Positions 25,488 to 37,664 of a stretch of DNA of 57,045 bases are shown one piece after another. A program made the position numbers and the translations under genes. Position 1 is the stretch's first letter. Every line of letters begins with the position of its first letter. The stretch is from the NCBI GenBank assembly GCA_036785375.1, contig JAWMAR010000541.1:6956-64000 (forward strand). The letters run 5' to 3'. This DNA comes from Leucoraja ocellata (lineage: Eukaryota). The notes under the pieces are model-generated. The model saw nothing but the letters and a program-made list of their open reading frames with translations, did not search any database and was not told the origin of the DNA.

Positions 25488-26960
25488 GCCCACTGTGCCC
25501 CGTCCCTACCTTGCCCACGATGCTGCCCCCTGCCCCCTGTCCCTACCTTGCCCACGATGCTGCCCACACTGCCCACTGTCCCTGCCTTGCCCACAATGCT
25601 GCCCCCTGTCCCCACCTTGCCCACAATGCTGCCCCCTGTCCCCACCTTGCCCACGATGCTGCCCCCTGTCCCTGCCTTGCCCACAATGCTGCCCCCTGTC
25701 CCTACCTTGCCCACAATGCTGCCCCCTGCCCCCCCCTTGCCCACGATGCAGCCCCCTGTCCCCACCTTGCCCACGATGCAGCCCCCTGTCCCTACCTTGC
25801 CCACTGTGCCCCCTGTCCCCACCTTGCCCACAATGCTGCCCCGTCCCCACCTTGCCCACGATGCTGCCCCGTCCCCACCTTGCCCACGATGCTGCCCCCT
25901 GTCCCCACCTTGCCCACTGTGCCCCCTGTCCCTACCTTGCCCACGATGCTGCCCCCTGTCCCTACCTTGCCCACTGTGCCCCCTGTCCCTACATTGCCCA
26001 CGATGCTGCCCCCTGTCCCCACCTTGCCCACTGTGCCCACTGTCCCTACCTTGCCCACTGTGCCCCCTGTCCCTACCTTGCCCACAATGCTGCCCCCTGT
26101 CCCTACCTTGCCCACCATGCCCCCTGTCCCCACCTTGCCCACCATGCCCCCTGTCCCCACCTTGCCCACAATGCTGCCCCCTGTCCCTACCTTGCCCCCT
26201 GTCCCCACCTTGCCCACAATGCTGCCCACTGTCCCCACCTTGCCCACCATGCCCCCTGTCCCCACCTTGCCCACCATGCCCCCTGTCCCCACCTTGCCCA
26301 CAATGCTGCCCCCTGTCCCTACCTTGCCCCCTGTCCCCACCTTGCCCACAATGCTGCCCACTGTCCCCACCTTGCCCACCATGCCCCCTGTCCCCACCTT
26401 GCCCACGATGCTGCCCCCTGTCCCCACCTTGCCCACAATGCTGCCCCCTGTCCCCACCTTGCCCACTGTGCCCCCTGTCCCCACCTTGCCCACTGTGCCC
26501 CCTGTCCCCTACCTTGCCCACTGTGCCCCCTGTCCCTACCTTGCCCACGATGCTGCCCCCTGTCCCCACCTTGCCCACGATGCTGCCCCCTGTCCCCACC
26601 TTGCCCACAATGCTGCCCCCTGTCCCCACCTTGCCCACTGTGCCCCCTGTCCCCACCTTGCCCACGATGCTGCCCCCTGTCCCCACCTTGCCCACGATGC
26701 TGCCCCCTGTCCCCACCTTGCCCACAATGCTGCCCCCTGTCCCCACCTTGCCCACTGTGCCCCCTGTCCCCACCTTGCCCACGATGCTGCCCTCTATCCC
26801 TACCTTGCCCATGATGCTGCCCATTGTCCCAACCTTGCCCACTGTGCCCACTGTCCCTACCTTGCCCACAATGCTGCCCACTGTCCCCACCTTGCCCACA
26901 ATGCTGCCCCCTGTCCCCACAATGCTGCCCCCTGTCCCTACCTTGCCCACGATGCTGCCC
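25488..26960 (-). repeat. 27/30-bp minisatellite copying the HSD17B8 exon 4 end and splice donor
   Basis: Unit GGCAGCATCGTGGGCAAG|GT(A/G)GGGACAGGG, roughly 50 copies; it produces the 400-680-aa repetitive ORFs in the track. Confidence 0.95.
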
Positions 26961-27037
26961 AGGTTGACAATGGAGCCCCTCTTGGCACCGCTGCCAATCA
27001 GCGCTCTGGCAACAGCCTGGATCACCAGGAACGTTCC
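26942..27037 (-). CDS. HSD17B8: HSD17B8 exon 4 (GTFLVIQAVARALIGSGAKRGSIVNLGSIVGK)
   Basis: CAG acceptor, AAG|GTAGGG donor, 96 nt, phase 0-0; GSIVN..S catalytic-Ser strand. Confidence 0.93.
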
Positions 27038-27222
27038 CTGCGGACGGGCAAATCGGGAATCCCGAGTTAGAGAGACACGTACAAGACACGGGATTAAATA
27101 CAGGAAACCACTTCCCCACCTCCCTACCCCCCGGTCTGATGCCCCCACTGGGCTAAGCCAGGCTCGGGTATCCACTGCAGACACTGCGGGAAGCACTGCC
27201 ACCCTACACCCGACAGCTGTCG

Positions 27223-27405
27223 TGGTGGCACAGCGGTAGAGTTGCTGCCTCACAGCAAAATGCAGCGCCAGAGACCCGGGTTCCATCCCGACTACAGGTG
27301 CTGTCTGTGTGGAGTTTGCCCGTTCTCCCCGTAACCTGCGTGGGTTTTCTCCGAGAACTTCGGTTTCCTCCCGCACTCCAAAGATGCGCAGGTTTGTAGG
27401 TTAAT
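27223..27405 (+). mobile_element. V-SINE (HE1-like); further copies near 2730-2995, 10700-10790, 28330-28830 and 44680-44980
   Basis: tRNA-like head GGTGGCACAGCGG...GGTTCCATCCC followed by the V domain TGTGTGGAGTTTGCCCGTTCTCCCCGT...GGGTTTTCTCCG. Confidence 0.8.
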
Positions 27406-27407
27406 TT

Positions 27408-29343
27408 TGTCAACAAAATAGAGAGAGTACAGAGGAGATTTACTAGAATGTTGCCTGGGTTTCAGCAACTAAGTTACAGAGAAAGGTTGAACAAGTTAGG
27501 GCTTTATTCTCTGGAGCGCAGAAGGTTAAGGGGGGACTTGATAGAGGTTTTTAAAATGATGAGAGGGATAGACAGAGTTGACGTGGAAAAGCTTTTCCCA
27601 CTGAGAGTAGGGAAGATTCAAACAAGGGGACAGAAGTTTAGGGGTAACATGAGGGGGAACTTCTTTACTCAGAGAGTGGTAGCTGTGTGGAATGAGCTTT
27701 CAGTGGAAGTGGTGGAGGCAGGTTCGATTTTATCATTTAAAAATAAATTGGATAGGTACCATATAACATATAACCATATAACAATTACAGCACGGAAACA
27801 GGCCATCTCGGCCCTACAAGTCCGTGCCGAACAACTTTTTTCCCTTAGTCCCACCTGCCTGCACTCATACCATAACCCTCCATTCCCTTCTCATCCATAT
27901 GCCTATCCAATTTATTTTTAAATGATACCAATGAACCTGCCTCCACCACTTCCACTGGAAGCTCATTCCACACCGCTACCACTCTCTGAGTAAAGAAGTC
28001 CCCCCTCATGTTACCCCTAAACTTCTGTCCCTTAATTCTATCATTTTATCATTTTAAAATAAATTGGTTAGTAATATGGACGCAAAGGGAATGGAGGGTT
28101 ATGGTCTGAGTGCAGGTATATGGGACTAGGGGAGATTATGTGTTCGGCACGGACTAGAAGGGTCGAGATGGCCTGTTTCCGTGCTGTAATTGTTATATGG
28201 TTATATGGTTATATGGCTTGATAAAAATGTAAAATTGTCCCAGTTGGCGATATGCAGAGTACTGCCCTGCCGCCTACAAAATTCAGAATGATCAGAAGGA
28301 ATGTGTTCTTCTGTCCCATCTTCCAGTGGCACTGCGGGTAGAGTTGCTGCCTCACTGCGCCAGAGACCCGGGTTCCATCCCGACCTCGGGTGCTGTCTAT
28401 GTGGAGTTTGTACATGCTCCCTGTGACCAGTTACCTCCCACATCCCAAAGACCTGCGGTTTTGTAGGTTAATTGGCCTTTTAAATTGTCCCTAGTGTGTC
28501 GGAACCAGGGTGCAAGGTGATCGCTGGTCGGTGTAGACTCGGTGGGCCGAAGGGCCTGTTTCCACACGGTATATCACATTTTAGTTTAGTTTAGAGATAC
28601 AGAGCAGAAACAGGCCCATCAGCCCACAGAGTGCGCACAGACTAGCGATCTCCCCGTACACTAGCATTATCCTACACACCAGGGACAATTTACAATATTT
28701 ACCAAAGCCAATTAGCCTATAAACCTGCATGTCTTTTGTGTGTAGGAGGAAACCAGAGCACCCGGAGAAAACCCATACAGGTCACGGGAAGAATGTACAA
28801 ACTGCATAGAGACAGCACCCGTAGTTAGTGCCATAGAGGGAGTGCAGAGAAGGTTCACCAGACTGATTCCTGGGATGTCAGGGACTGTCTTATGAAGAAA
28901 GACTGGATAGACTTAGTTTATACTCTCTAGAATTTAGGAGATTGAGAGGGGATCTTATAGAAACTTACAAAATTCTTAAGGGGTTGGACAGGGTAGATGC
29001 AGGAAGATTGTTCCCGATGTTGGGGAAGTCCAGGACAAGGGGTCACAGCTTAAGGGTAAGGGGGAAATCCTTTAAAACCGAGATGAGAAGAACTTTTTTC
29101 ACACAGAGAGTGGTGAATCTCTGGAACTGTCTGCCACAGAGGGTAGTTCAGGCCAGTTCATTGGCTATATTTAAGAGGGAGTTAGATGTGGCCCTTGCGG
29201 CTAAGGGGATCAGGGGGTATGGAGAGAAGGCAGGTACGGGATACTGAGTTGGATGATCAGCCATGATCATATTGAATGGCGGTGCAGGCTTGAAGGGCCG
29301 AATGGCCTACTCCTGCACCTAATTTCTGTTTCTATGTTTCTAT
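27408..29343. mobile_element. nested CR1-A (+/-/+), V-SINEs and CR1-B (+ 28830-29343)
   Basis: ORFs 27448-27921 and 28942-29247; V-domain GTGGAGTTTG.ACGTTCTCCC. Confidence 0.88.
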
Positions 29344-29524
29344 ATAGTCTGTATGGAACCCGGGTGTCGGCAGCAACTCTACCACTGCGCCTCTGTGCCG
29401 CATAATCTAATGTAAAAAGTAAACTGTGGGAAGGAACTGCAGATGCTGGTTTACACCGAGACAGACACAAAATGCTGGAGTAACTCAGCGGGACAGGCAG
29501 CATCTGTGGAGAGAAGGAATGGGT

Positions 29525-29552
29525 GACGTTTCGGGTCGAGACCCTTCTTCAG
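29525..29552 (-). ncRNA. hammerhead core, second subfamily
   Basis: CTGAAGA-A-GGGT-CTCG-ACCC-GAAAC-GTC. Confidence 0.7.
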
Positions 29553-29637
29553 ACTGGTCCTCCTCCCAGTAATGTTCCCCTTTCAGCAACCCCCCTCCCC
29601 ACCACTCAGTTCCCATCCTCGGGTGAAGGAGACGCAC

Positions 29638-29754
29638 CATTAAGTTAACCTTCAGCACCCGCTCGAAGGCCTCAGCCTCCATCTTCAGCAGCAGCCCGTC
29701 CATGGTGATGCCAGCACAGTTCACTGCCACGCAGGGAGGCCGGGAGAACTGCTT
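29638..29754 (-). CDS. HSD17B8: HSD17B8 exon 3 (KQFSRPPCVAVNCAGITMDGLLLKMEAEAFERVLKVNLM)
   Basis: AG/GT boundaries, 117 nt, phase 0-0; SDR NxAG and VN motifs; FSRPP is typical of HSD17B8. Confidence 0.95.
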
Positions 29755-29802
29755 CTGAAAGACAAACAGCAAGAGGGAGTCAATCTCATCCATGTGCTCA
29801 AT

Positions 29803-31330
29803 TAACCATATAACATATAACAATTACAGCACGGAAACAGGCCATCTTGACCCTTCTAGTCCGTGCCGAACACATATTCTCCCCTAGTCCATATACCTGC
29901 GCTCAGACCATAACCCTCCATTCCCTTCCCGTCCATATAACTATCCAATTTATTTTTAAATGATAAAAACGAACCTGCCTCCACCACCTTCACTGGAAGC
30001 TCATTCCACACAGCCACCACTCTGAGTAAAGAAGTTCCCCCTCATGTTACCCCTAAACTTCTGTCCCTTAATTCTCAAGTCATGTCCCCTTGTTTGAATC
30101 TTCCCTACTCTCAGTGGGAAGAGCTTTTCCACGTCAACTCTGTCTATCCCTCTCATCATTTAAAAAAACCCCTATCAAGTCCCCTCTTAACCTTCTGCGC
30201 TCCAAAGAATAAAGCCCTAACTTGTTCAACCTTTCTCTGTAACTTAGTTGCTGAAACCCAGGCAACATTCTAGTAAAAACTCAGCGGGTGCAGCAGCATC
30301 TATGGAGCGAAGGAAATAGGCAATGTTTCGGGCCGAAACCCTTCTTCAGACGGGTTTTCTGAAGAAGGGTTTCGGCCCGAAACGTTGCCTATTTCCTTCG
30401 CTCCATAGATGCTGCTGCACCCGCTGAGTTTCTCCAGCTTTTTTGTGTAACCTTCGATTCTCCAGCATCTGCAGTTCCTTCTTAAACATTCTAGTAAATC
30501 TCCTCTGTACTCTCTCTATTTTGTTGACAGGGCCACCCTTCCAGGACAATTACAGGGCCATCCTTCCAGGAAACTAACCCAGTGTTGGCCCCAGGCCGTT
30601 CCCCAGTGCCTCCACTATCTCCAAGACAACCTGCTCCCACCATCCACTCATCCTCATCAGATGGCCTTGGGCCAAGGAGTGACAAGTGGAGTTTAAACCA
30701 GGTAAGTACAATATGTGGCATCTTCATAAGTTGCAGGTGCTGAAATTAGGTCATTCGGCCCATCAAGTCTACTCTGCCATTTAATCATAACTGATCGATC
30801 TTTCCATATAACATATAACCATATAACAATTACAGCACGGAAACAGGCCATCTCGGCCCTACAAGTCCGTGCCGAACAACTTTTTTTTTTCCCCTTAGTC
30901 CCACCTGCCTGCACTCATACCATAACCCTCCATTCCCTTCTCATCCATATGCCTATCCAATTTATTTTTAAATGATACCAACGAACCTGCCTCCACCACT
31001 TCCACTGGAAGCTCATTCCACACCACTACCACTCTCTGAGTAAAGAAGTTCCCCCTCATATTACCCTTAAACTTCTGTCCCTTAATTCTTTCCATCTTAA
31101 CCCCATTCTCCTGCCTTCTCCCCATAACCCGACAGCCGTACCAATCAAGAAGCTGTCAATGTTCGCCGTAAAAATATCCATTGACTTGGCCTCCACAGCC
31201 GTCTGTGGCAAAGAACTCCACAGATTCACCACCCTCTGAATAAAGAAAGTCCTCATCATCTCCTTTCTATGGGTACATCCTTTTATTCTGAGGTTGTGCC
31301 CTCTGGACCTAGACTCACCCACTGGTGGAA
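29803..31330 (-). mobile_element. CR1 copies
   Basis: ORF2 C-terminal fragments and tails. Confidence 0.85.
30278..30484. mobile_element. inverted dimer of the Penelope-derived insert (two hammerhead cores), nested in a CR1
   Basis: Cores at 30322-30349 (-) and 30359-30386 (+); 14-bp TSD AACATTCTAGTAAA at 30264-30277 and 30485-30498. Confidence 0.85.
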
Positions 31331-32144
31331 ACAGGATCGTGTGAAGTCTGTCCAGGCCAGGACCTACACAGTGAATGGTAGGGCTCTGTGGAGCAGAGGG
31401 ACCTCATAGCCCAGGTACATAGTTCCTTGAACGAGACGTCCCAGGTAGATAGGGCAGTCAAGAAAGCTTTTGGCACACTGGACTTCATCAGTCAGGGAAC
31501 AGAGGGTAGTCCGAGGAAGCTCTCATACTGAAGAAGGATCTCGACACGAAAAACATCACCATTCCTTCTGTCCAGAGATGCTGCCTGGCCCGCTGAGTTA
31601 CTCCAGCATTCTATGTCTGAGTATAAAGGTTTGTTCATCATATTACAGTGGTACAAGACATTGGTGATGTCACATTTACTGTGACCAGAACTGTGTTCAG
31701 TTTTGGTCACCCTCCTGTACGAAGGATATCATGAAGCTGGAAAGAGCGCAGAAAAGATTTGGTCAGAACATGAAGGCCGGAGCTATGGGGTTATAGGGCT
31801 GGACAGGTTAGGACTTTATTCCTTGGAGCACAGGAGGCTGAGGGCTAGTTTTAGAGTTTTCGTTTTTTAAAACACGAGGGGAATAGACGTGGTGTATATC
31901 AAAGGTTGGGGAATCTGTCAGTCTGAAGAAGGGTCTCGTCCCGAAAACGTCACCCATTCCTTCTCTCCAGAGATACTGCCTGTCCCACTGAGTTACTCCG
32001 GGTTTTGTGTCTATCATCTGCAGGGGAATCAAGAACCAGAGGACTGAGGTTTAGGGAAAGCAGATAAGATTGTTTTATCCCCACTAGAGGGTGGTGGGTA
32101 TGTGGAATGAGCTGTCAGAGTAGGTCGTTGGGGCAGGTACTATG

Positions 32145-33006
32145 TAGCAATGTTACAAAATTTTGAGATTTTAAAAGTCAAGTCTGCAATTTATCCCATC
32201 AGATAAAGCATAACAATAAGTTTAATTTGACACCAAATTCACTTTCATATCTCAAGTATTAAAAAAGTTATGGCCATTTTCATACTCGGAAATTAGCATC
32301 TTGTTCCCTATTGATTTTCAATGGACATTACAAAAAAGCTGTGATCTTGGATAGTCAAAAGCCCATTTGTTAAGGAAAGATTAACATTTTTAAATAGCCT
32401 AAGTGTCCAAAGATTATTCACAAATAATTCACAATATAACATGATTTTTATATCTAATTTACATTAATTTATAGGCCAAATGGAAGGAATTTAGTGTTCA
32501 ATTGCTGTAAATAAATGCCCATTTAAATCGGCTTTCTAGTGGGTTCCTGTGAACGCGCTGGTTTAGAACGTTCGCATCGCGCTGGATTAGTGCCCTCAAA
32601 TGCCGAGAAAAATACTGCGGGATATAAAAAGCCCAAAATGAACTACTCGCTATAGATAACTTTAATTACAGGGTTATATATATGCCCCATTTAATGTAAA
32701 AATAAGGTACATACCTTTAATTGTTTGCTTTATAAAACCCTGGGGCTGCGAGAGGTTGCGGAATGAGACAGTAATTTAAAAACTATTATAACTATATTAT
32801 CGAGGCCTATAAAACTAATAATACCTTTTGCGACCGGGTCTTGCAGCGATTTTTCATTAATGATTTACTAGGCTGAACATCTGTGATTAGTACAGCCTAG
32901 TAAAAATCGCGTTTTAAACCCGCCCCCTCCAAACAGCACCAAAATCGCCGACATGGCTGAGGGCAGATTCCCAATGGCGATTCAGGTAGGTTTTGTAACA
33001 TACCTA
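32145..33006. mobile_element. non-autonomous DNA transposon (862 bp) inserted in a CR1
   Basis: Imperfect 16-bp TIRs TAGCAATGTTACAAAA / TTTTGTAACATACCTA; 7-bp TSD TACTATG (32138-32144, 33007-33013); no long ORF. Confidence 0.8.
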
Positions 33007-33432
33007 TACTATGGCAACGTTGAAGATATACTTGGACAAGTTCAAGTATTGGAAATGTTTGAAGAGATATGGCCCAAAAGTGGATAAATGGGACGAGCGT
33101 CGATGGGGAGACGAGGTGTGCCAAAGGTTGCACAGACTAGTATTGTGGTTAATCATTCATCAAATATTTATTATATATTATCTATGTGTACTGTGCTTAC
33201 AAGCCTGCTATGCTGCTGCTGGTAAGAATTTCACTGTTCTGTTTTGGTACATAAGATAATTAAATATTGACTCCATCTACACCTCACGCTGCCTCGGCAA
33301 GGCCAGTTGCATAATCAAGGACAAGTCTGATCCCGGCCACTCCCTCTTCTCCCCTCTCCCATCAGGCAAGAGGTACAGACATTTGAAAACGCACACCTCC
33401 AGATTCAGGGACAGTTTCTTCCCAGCTGTTAT

Positions 33433-34181
33433 CATAGAAACATAGAAACATAGAAATTAGGTGCAGGAGTAGGCCATTCGGCCCTTCGAGCCTGCACCGC
33501 CATTCAATATGATCATGGCTGATCATCCAACTCAGTATCCCATACATGCCTTCTCTCCATACCCCCTGATCCCCTTAGCCACAAGGGCCACATCTAACTC
33601 CCTCTTAAATATAGCCAATGAACTGTGTGGCCTCAACTACCCTCTGTGGCAGAGAGTTCCAGAGATTCACCACTCTCTGTGTGAAAAAAGTTCTTCTCAT
33701 CTCGGTTTTAAAGGATTTCCCCCTTATCCTTAAGCTGTGACCCCTTGTCCTGGACTTCCCTAACATCGGGAACAATCTTCCTGCATCTAGCCTGTCCAAC
33801 CCCTTAAGAATTTTGTAAGTTTCTATAAGATCCCCTCTCAATCTCCTAAATTCTAGAGAGTATAAATCAAGTCTATCCAGTCTTTCTTCATAAGACAGTC
33901 CTGACATCCCAGGAATCAGTCTGGTGAACCGTCTCTGCACTCCCTCTATGGCAATAATGTCCTTCCTCAGATTTGGAGACCAAAACTGTACGCAATACTC
34001 CAGGTGTGGTCTCACCAAGACCCTGTACAACTGCAGTAGAACCTCCCTGCTCCTATACTCAAATCCTTTTGCAATGAAAGCTAACATACCATTCACTTTC
34101 TTCACTGCCTGCTGCACCTGCATGCCTACCTTCAATGACTGGTGTACCATGACACCCAGGTCTCGCTGCATCTCCCCCTTT
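33433..34181 (-). mobile_element. CR1-B
   Basis: ORF 33605-34186. Confidence 0.9.
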
Positions 34182-35291
34182 ACCACAACTAGAGAGCAGT
34201 CCTGAACTACTATCTACCTCATTGGTGACCCTCGGGCTATCTTTGATCGCACTTTACCTTGCACCAAACGTTGTTCCCTTATCATATATCTGTACACTGT
34301 AAATCATGCATTGTCTTTCTGTGGACTGGTTAGCATGCAACAAAAGCTTTTCACTGTGCCTCGGTACACATGACAATAAATTAAGCGGAAACTAAATATT
34401 TTTGACTCTCGATTCTTGGCATTCACAAAATTCATATGGTGCAATAGCAGTCCAAGTCCCAAAGCAACACCATTGGGAAGGCCATGGGCAGTGGGTGCAG
34501 GGAACACCACTCACAGATATCTCTCTCTCTCTCTGTGCTGCTCACCAGCTAAATCCAGCACTCCATCATTGGGGCCTCATGGTTACAGAGAATGCCCCAT
34601 CCACACTCTGCTGACATCCTGCAGACACAAGGAACTGCAAGTGCCTGAATCACAAGTAAAGCGCAACGTGCTGGAGGAACTCAGTGGGTCAGGCAGCATC
34701 TGTGCCGGGAAGTGGACAAGAGACGTAGGGACTATCAGTCAATACACTGGATGTGTTCAAGAAAGTTAGATTTAGCTCTTCGGGCTAATGGAATTATGGG
34801 GAGAAAGCAGGGACGGGGTACTGATTGGGGATGATCAGCCATGATCATATCGAATGGTGGAGCCAAATGCCCTACTCCTGCACCTATATTCTATGTTTCT
34901 ATGAAACATTTAGACAGGTGCATGGATAGGAGCGATTTAGAGGGAAATGGGCTGAAGGGCCTGTACTCCATATCAAAACTCCACAACATTTCGAGTCAGG
35001 ATCCTTCTTCGGACTAGACTGGGAGGCTAAAAATGGGTCCCAGCCCAAACGCCATCTCTCCATTTGTCCTGCGCTCCAAAGAGATAAAAAGCCTCTCCCT
35101 ATAACTCAAGCCCACAACCCCAGCAACATCCTGGTCAATATCTTCTGCACCCTTCCCAACTCAGTGGCATCCTTCCCATAGCTGGGTGAGCAGTCGAGCA
35201 GACCGCATCCCAAGTGTGGTCTCACCAACAACATGGACAACTGCAACACCATGTCCCAACTTTTGAACAGTACCTGGATAGAGGAAGATGT

Positions 35292-36050
35292 ATATAACCA
35301 TACAACAATTACAGCACGGAAACAGGCCATCTCGGCCCTACAAGTCCGTGCCGAACAACTTTTTTTCCCTTAGTCCCACCTGCCTGCACTCATACCATAA
35401 CCCTCCATTCCCTTCTCATCCATATGTCTATCCAATTTATTTTTAAATGATACCAATGAACCTGCCTCCACCACTTCCACTGGAAGCTCATTCCACACCG
35501 CTACCACTCTCTGAGTAAAGAAGTTCCCCCTCATATTACCCCTACACTTCTGTCCCTTAATTCTGAAGTCATGTCCTCTTGTTTGAATCTTCCCTATTCT
35601 CAGTGGGAAAAGCTTGTCCACATCAACTCTGTCTACCCCTCTCATCATTTTAAAGACCTCTATCAAGTCCCCCCTTAACCTTCTGCGCTCCAGAGAATAA
35701 AGACCTAACTTATTCAACCTATCTCTGTAACTTAGTTGTTGAAACCCAGGCAACATTCTAGTAAATCTCCTCTGTACTCTCTCTATTTTGTTGACATCCT
35801 TCCTATAATTGGGCGACCAAAATTGTACACCATACTCCAGATTTGGTCTCACAAATGCCTTGTACAATTTTAACATTACATCCCAGCTTCTATACTCAAT
35901 GCTCTGATTTATAAAGGCTAGCATACCAAAAGCTTTCTTTACCACCCTATCTATATGAGATTCCACCTTCAAGGAACTATGCACGGTTATTCCCAGATCC
36001 CTCTGTTCAACTGTATTCTTCAATTCCCTACCATTTACCATGTACGTACC
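35292..36050 (-). mobile_element. CR1-A
   Basis: ORF 35370-36041. Confidence 0.92.
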
Positions 36051-36461
36051 ATGTATGAATGACTAACAATGAATTAATTATGAACAGAGACACAAAGCAT
36101 AGCAGATGCTAGAATCTTGAACAAAACACTAAATGCTGGAGTACCTCAGCGGGTCAGGCAGCATCTCTGGATAGAAGGAATGGGTGAAGTTTCAGGTTGA
36201 GACCCTTCTTCAGGCTGATAGTAACTTTTTCCACACAAAGGGTGGTGGGTGGCTGGAACAAGCTGCCAGAGAAGATAGTTGAGGCAGGGACTATCCCAAC
36301 GTTCAAGAAACAGTTTGACAAGTAAATGGAGAGGACAGATTTGGAGTGGACCAAACTCAGACAGGTGGGACTAGTGGAGCTGGGACATGTTGGCTGGTTA
36401 TGGCAAGCTGGGCCAAAGGGCCTGTGTGCATCACTCTATGACTCTGAGGCCAGTGCCTCAC

Positions 36462-36658
36462 CTGTACCGCAGAGACCAGGCTGTGGACACTCTGCGGGCA
36501 GGACACATCCGCCACAAACACAGAGTGCCGCTGATCACCGTGGGGCAAGCTCCGCAGCGTTTCCTCAGCCGAGGATTCGTCCACGTCCACCACCACCACC
36601 GCCGATCCCTCCTCGGCAAACCGCTGGCACACGGCTCGCCCAATGCCACTCCCTCCAC
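36462..36658 (-). CDS. HSD17B8: HSD17B8 exon 2 (GGGSGIGRAVCQRFAEEGSAVVVVDVD...ADVS...AVQ)
   Basis: CAG acceptor and GTGAGG donor; 197 nt, phase 1->0; completes the TGGGSGIG NAD-binding motif. Confidence 0.95.
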
Positions 36659-36764
36659 CTGCACCAAAACCACATGGGCATTACTGGCACGTTGCCCACG
36701 GATAGAGCAACAGGGGGCAAACACAGAGAGATCTGGGCACTGGCTGGGGGAGGATGCATGGTAC

Positions 36765-37340
36765 TCAGGGAGAGGGCGGGGTGGGGGGCAGGGATAGAGG
36801 GGGGCAGCGGTGGACAGGGGGCTGGGAGGAGAGAGGGGGTGGGTAGGGGACGGAGAGGGGAGAGGGGTTAGGGAAGGGGGGAGAGGGGATGGGGAGGGGG
36901 GAGAAGGGATGGGGAGGGGGAGAAGGCATGGGGAGAGGGGTGTGGGGGAGGGGTTGTGGAGTGGAGAGAGGGTGTGGGAGAGGGGTTGTGGAGTGGAGAG
37001 TGGTAGGGAAGGTGGGGAGAGGCGAGAGGGAGGGGATGGGGAGAGGGGGTGGGGAGGGGACAGTGGTAGGTAAGGTGGGAGAGGTGATGGGGAGAGGGGA
37101 GAGGGGGTGTGGGGGATGGGGGAGAGGGGGAGAGAGGGTGTGGGAGAAGAGCTGTGGAGGGGAGAGTGGTAGGGAAGGTGGGGAGAGGCGATGGGGAGTG
37201 GTAGAGGGGTAGGGAAAGGGAGGGGACGAGAGTGATAGGGGAGGAGGGAGAGGGGTAGACATGAGGCAGGGGAGTAGGAAGGGAGAGGGGTGGGGGAGGG
37301 AGGAGGGGCAGAGATAGGGAGTGTGTGTGAGGGGGGGAAC
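36765..37340. repeat. polypurine G-rich low-complexity tract in HSD17B8 intron 1
   Basis: Predominantly G/A on the plus strand. Confidence 0.85.
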
Positions 37341-37570
37341 CTTCTCCCTGGGTCACAACCCGACCCACTCTCTACACTGTGACCGTGCAGGAGGATCATC
37401 ACTAAAACAGCATGAGGAAGATAAATATCTCCGTCTTGGCACCCGACTCCGGTAGACGAGCCGTGGACTGTCCCCTCACCCGCAACATCTCCCTCTCTCT
37501 CAGTCTCATCTCCCCAACTCCGTCTCTCGCTGCGGACGCGTCGCGTCCCCTCCCTCACCCTCACCCTCAC

Positions 37571-37646
37571 CTGTGACCAACGCCAGACGGGAGCTGAGAC
37601 GGAGACGGAGACCCGACAACGAACCCGAACCCGCCGCCGCCGCCAT
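37571..37646 (-). CDS. HSD17B8: HSD17B8 exon 1 (MAAAAGSGSLSGLRLRLSSRLALVT-G)
   Basis: ATG in a CpG island; phase-1 donor G|GTGAGG; start of the SDR TGxxxGxG motif. Confidence 0.9.
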
Positions 37647-37664
37647 TACCGTCCCGGCCGTTGG

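Noticed and set aside
27223-27300. tRNA genes
   Set aside because: The A/B-box-like heads belong to V-SINEs, and no complete cloverleaf is visible.
25206-27376. 677/683/519/439-aa ORFs as mucin- or antifreeze-like proteins
   Set aside because: They arise from the stop-free minisatellite in several frames; only HSD17B8 exon 4 is a supported coding part.
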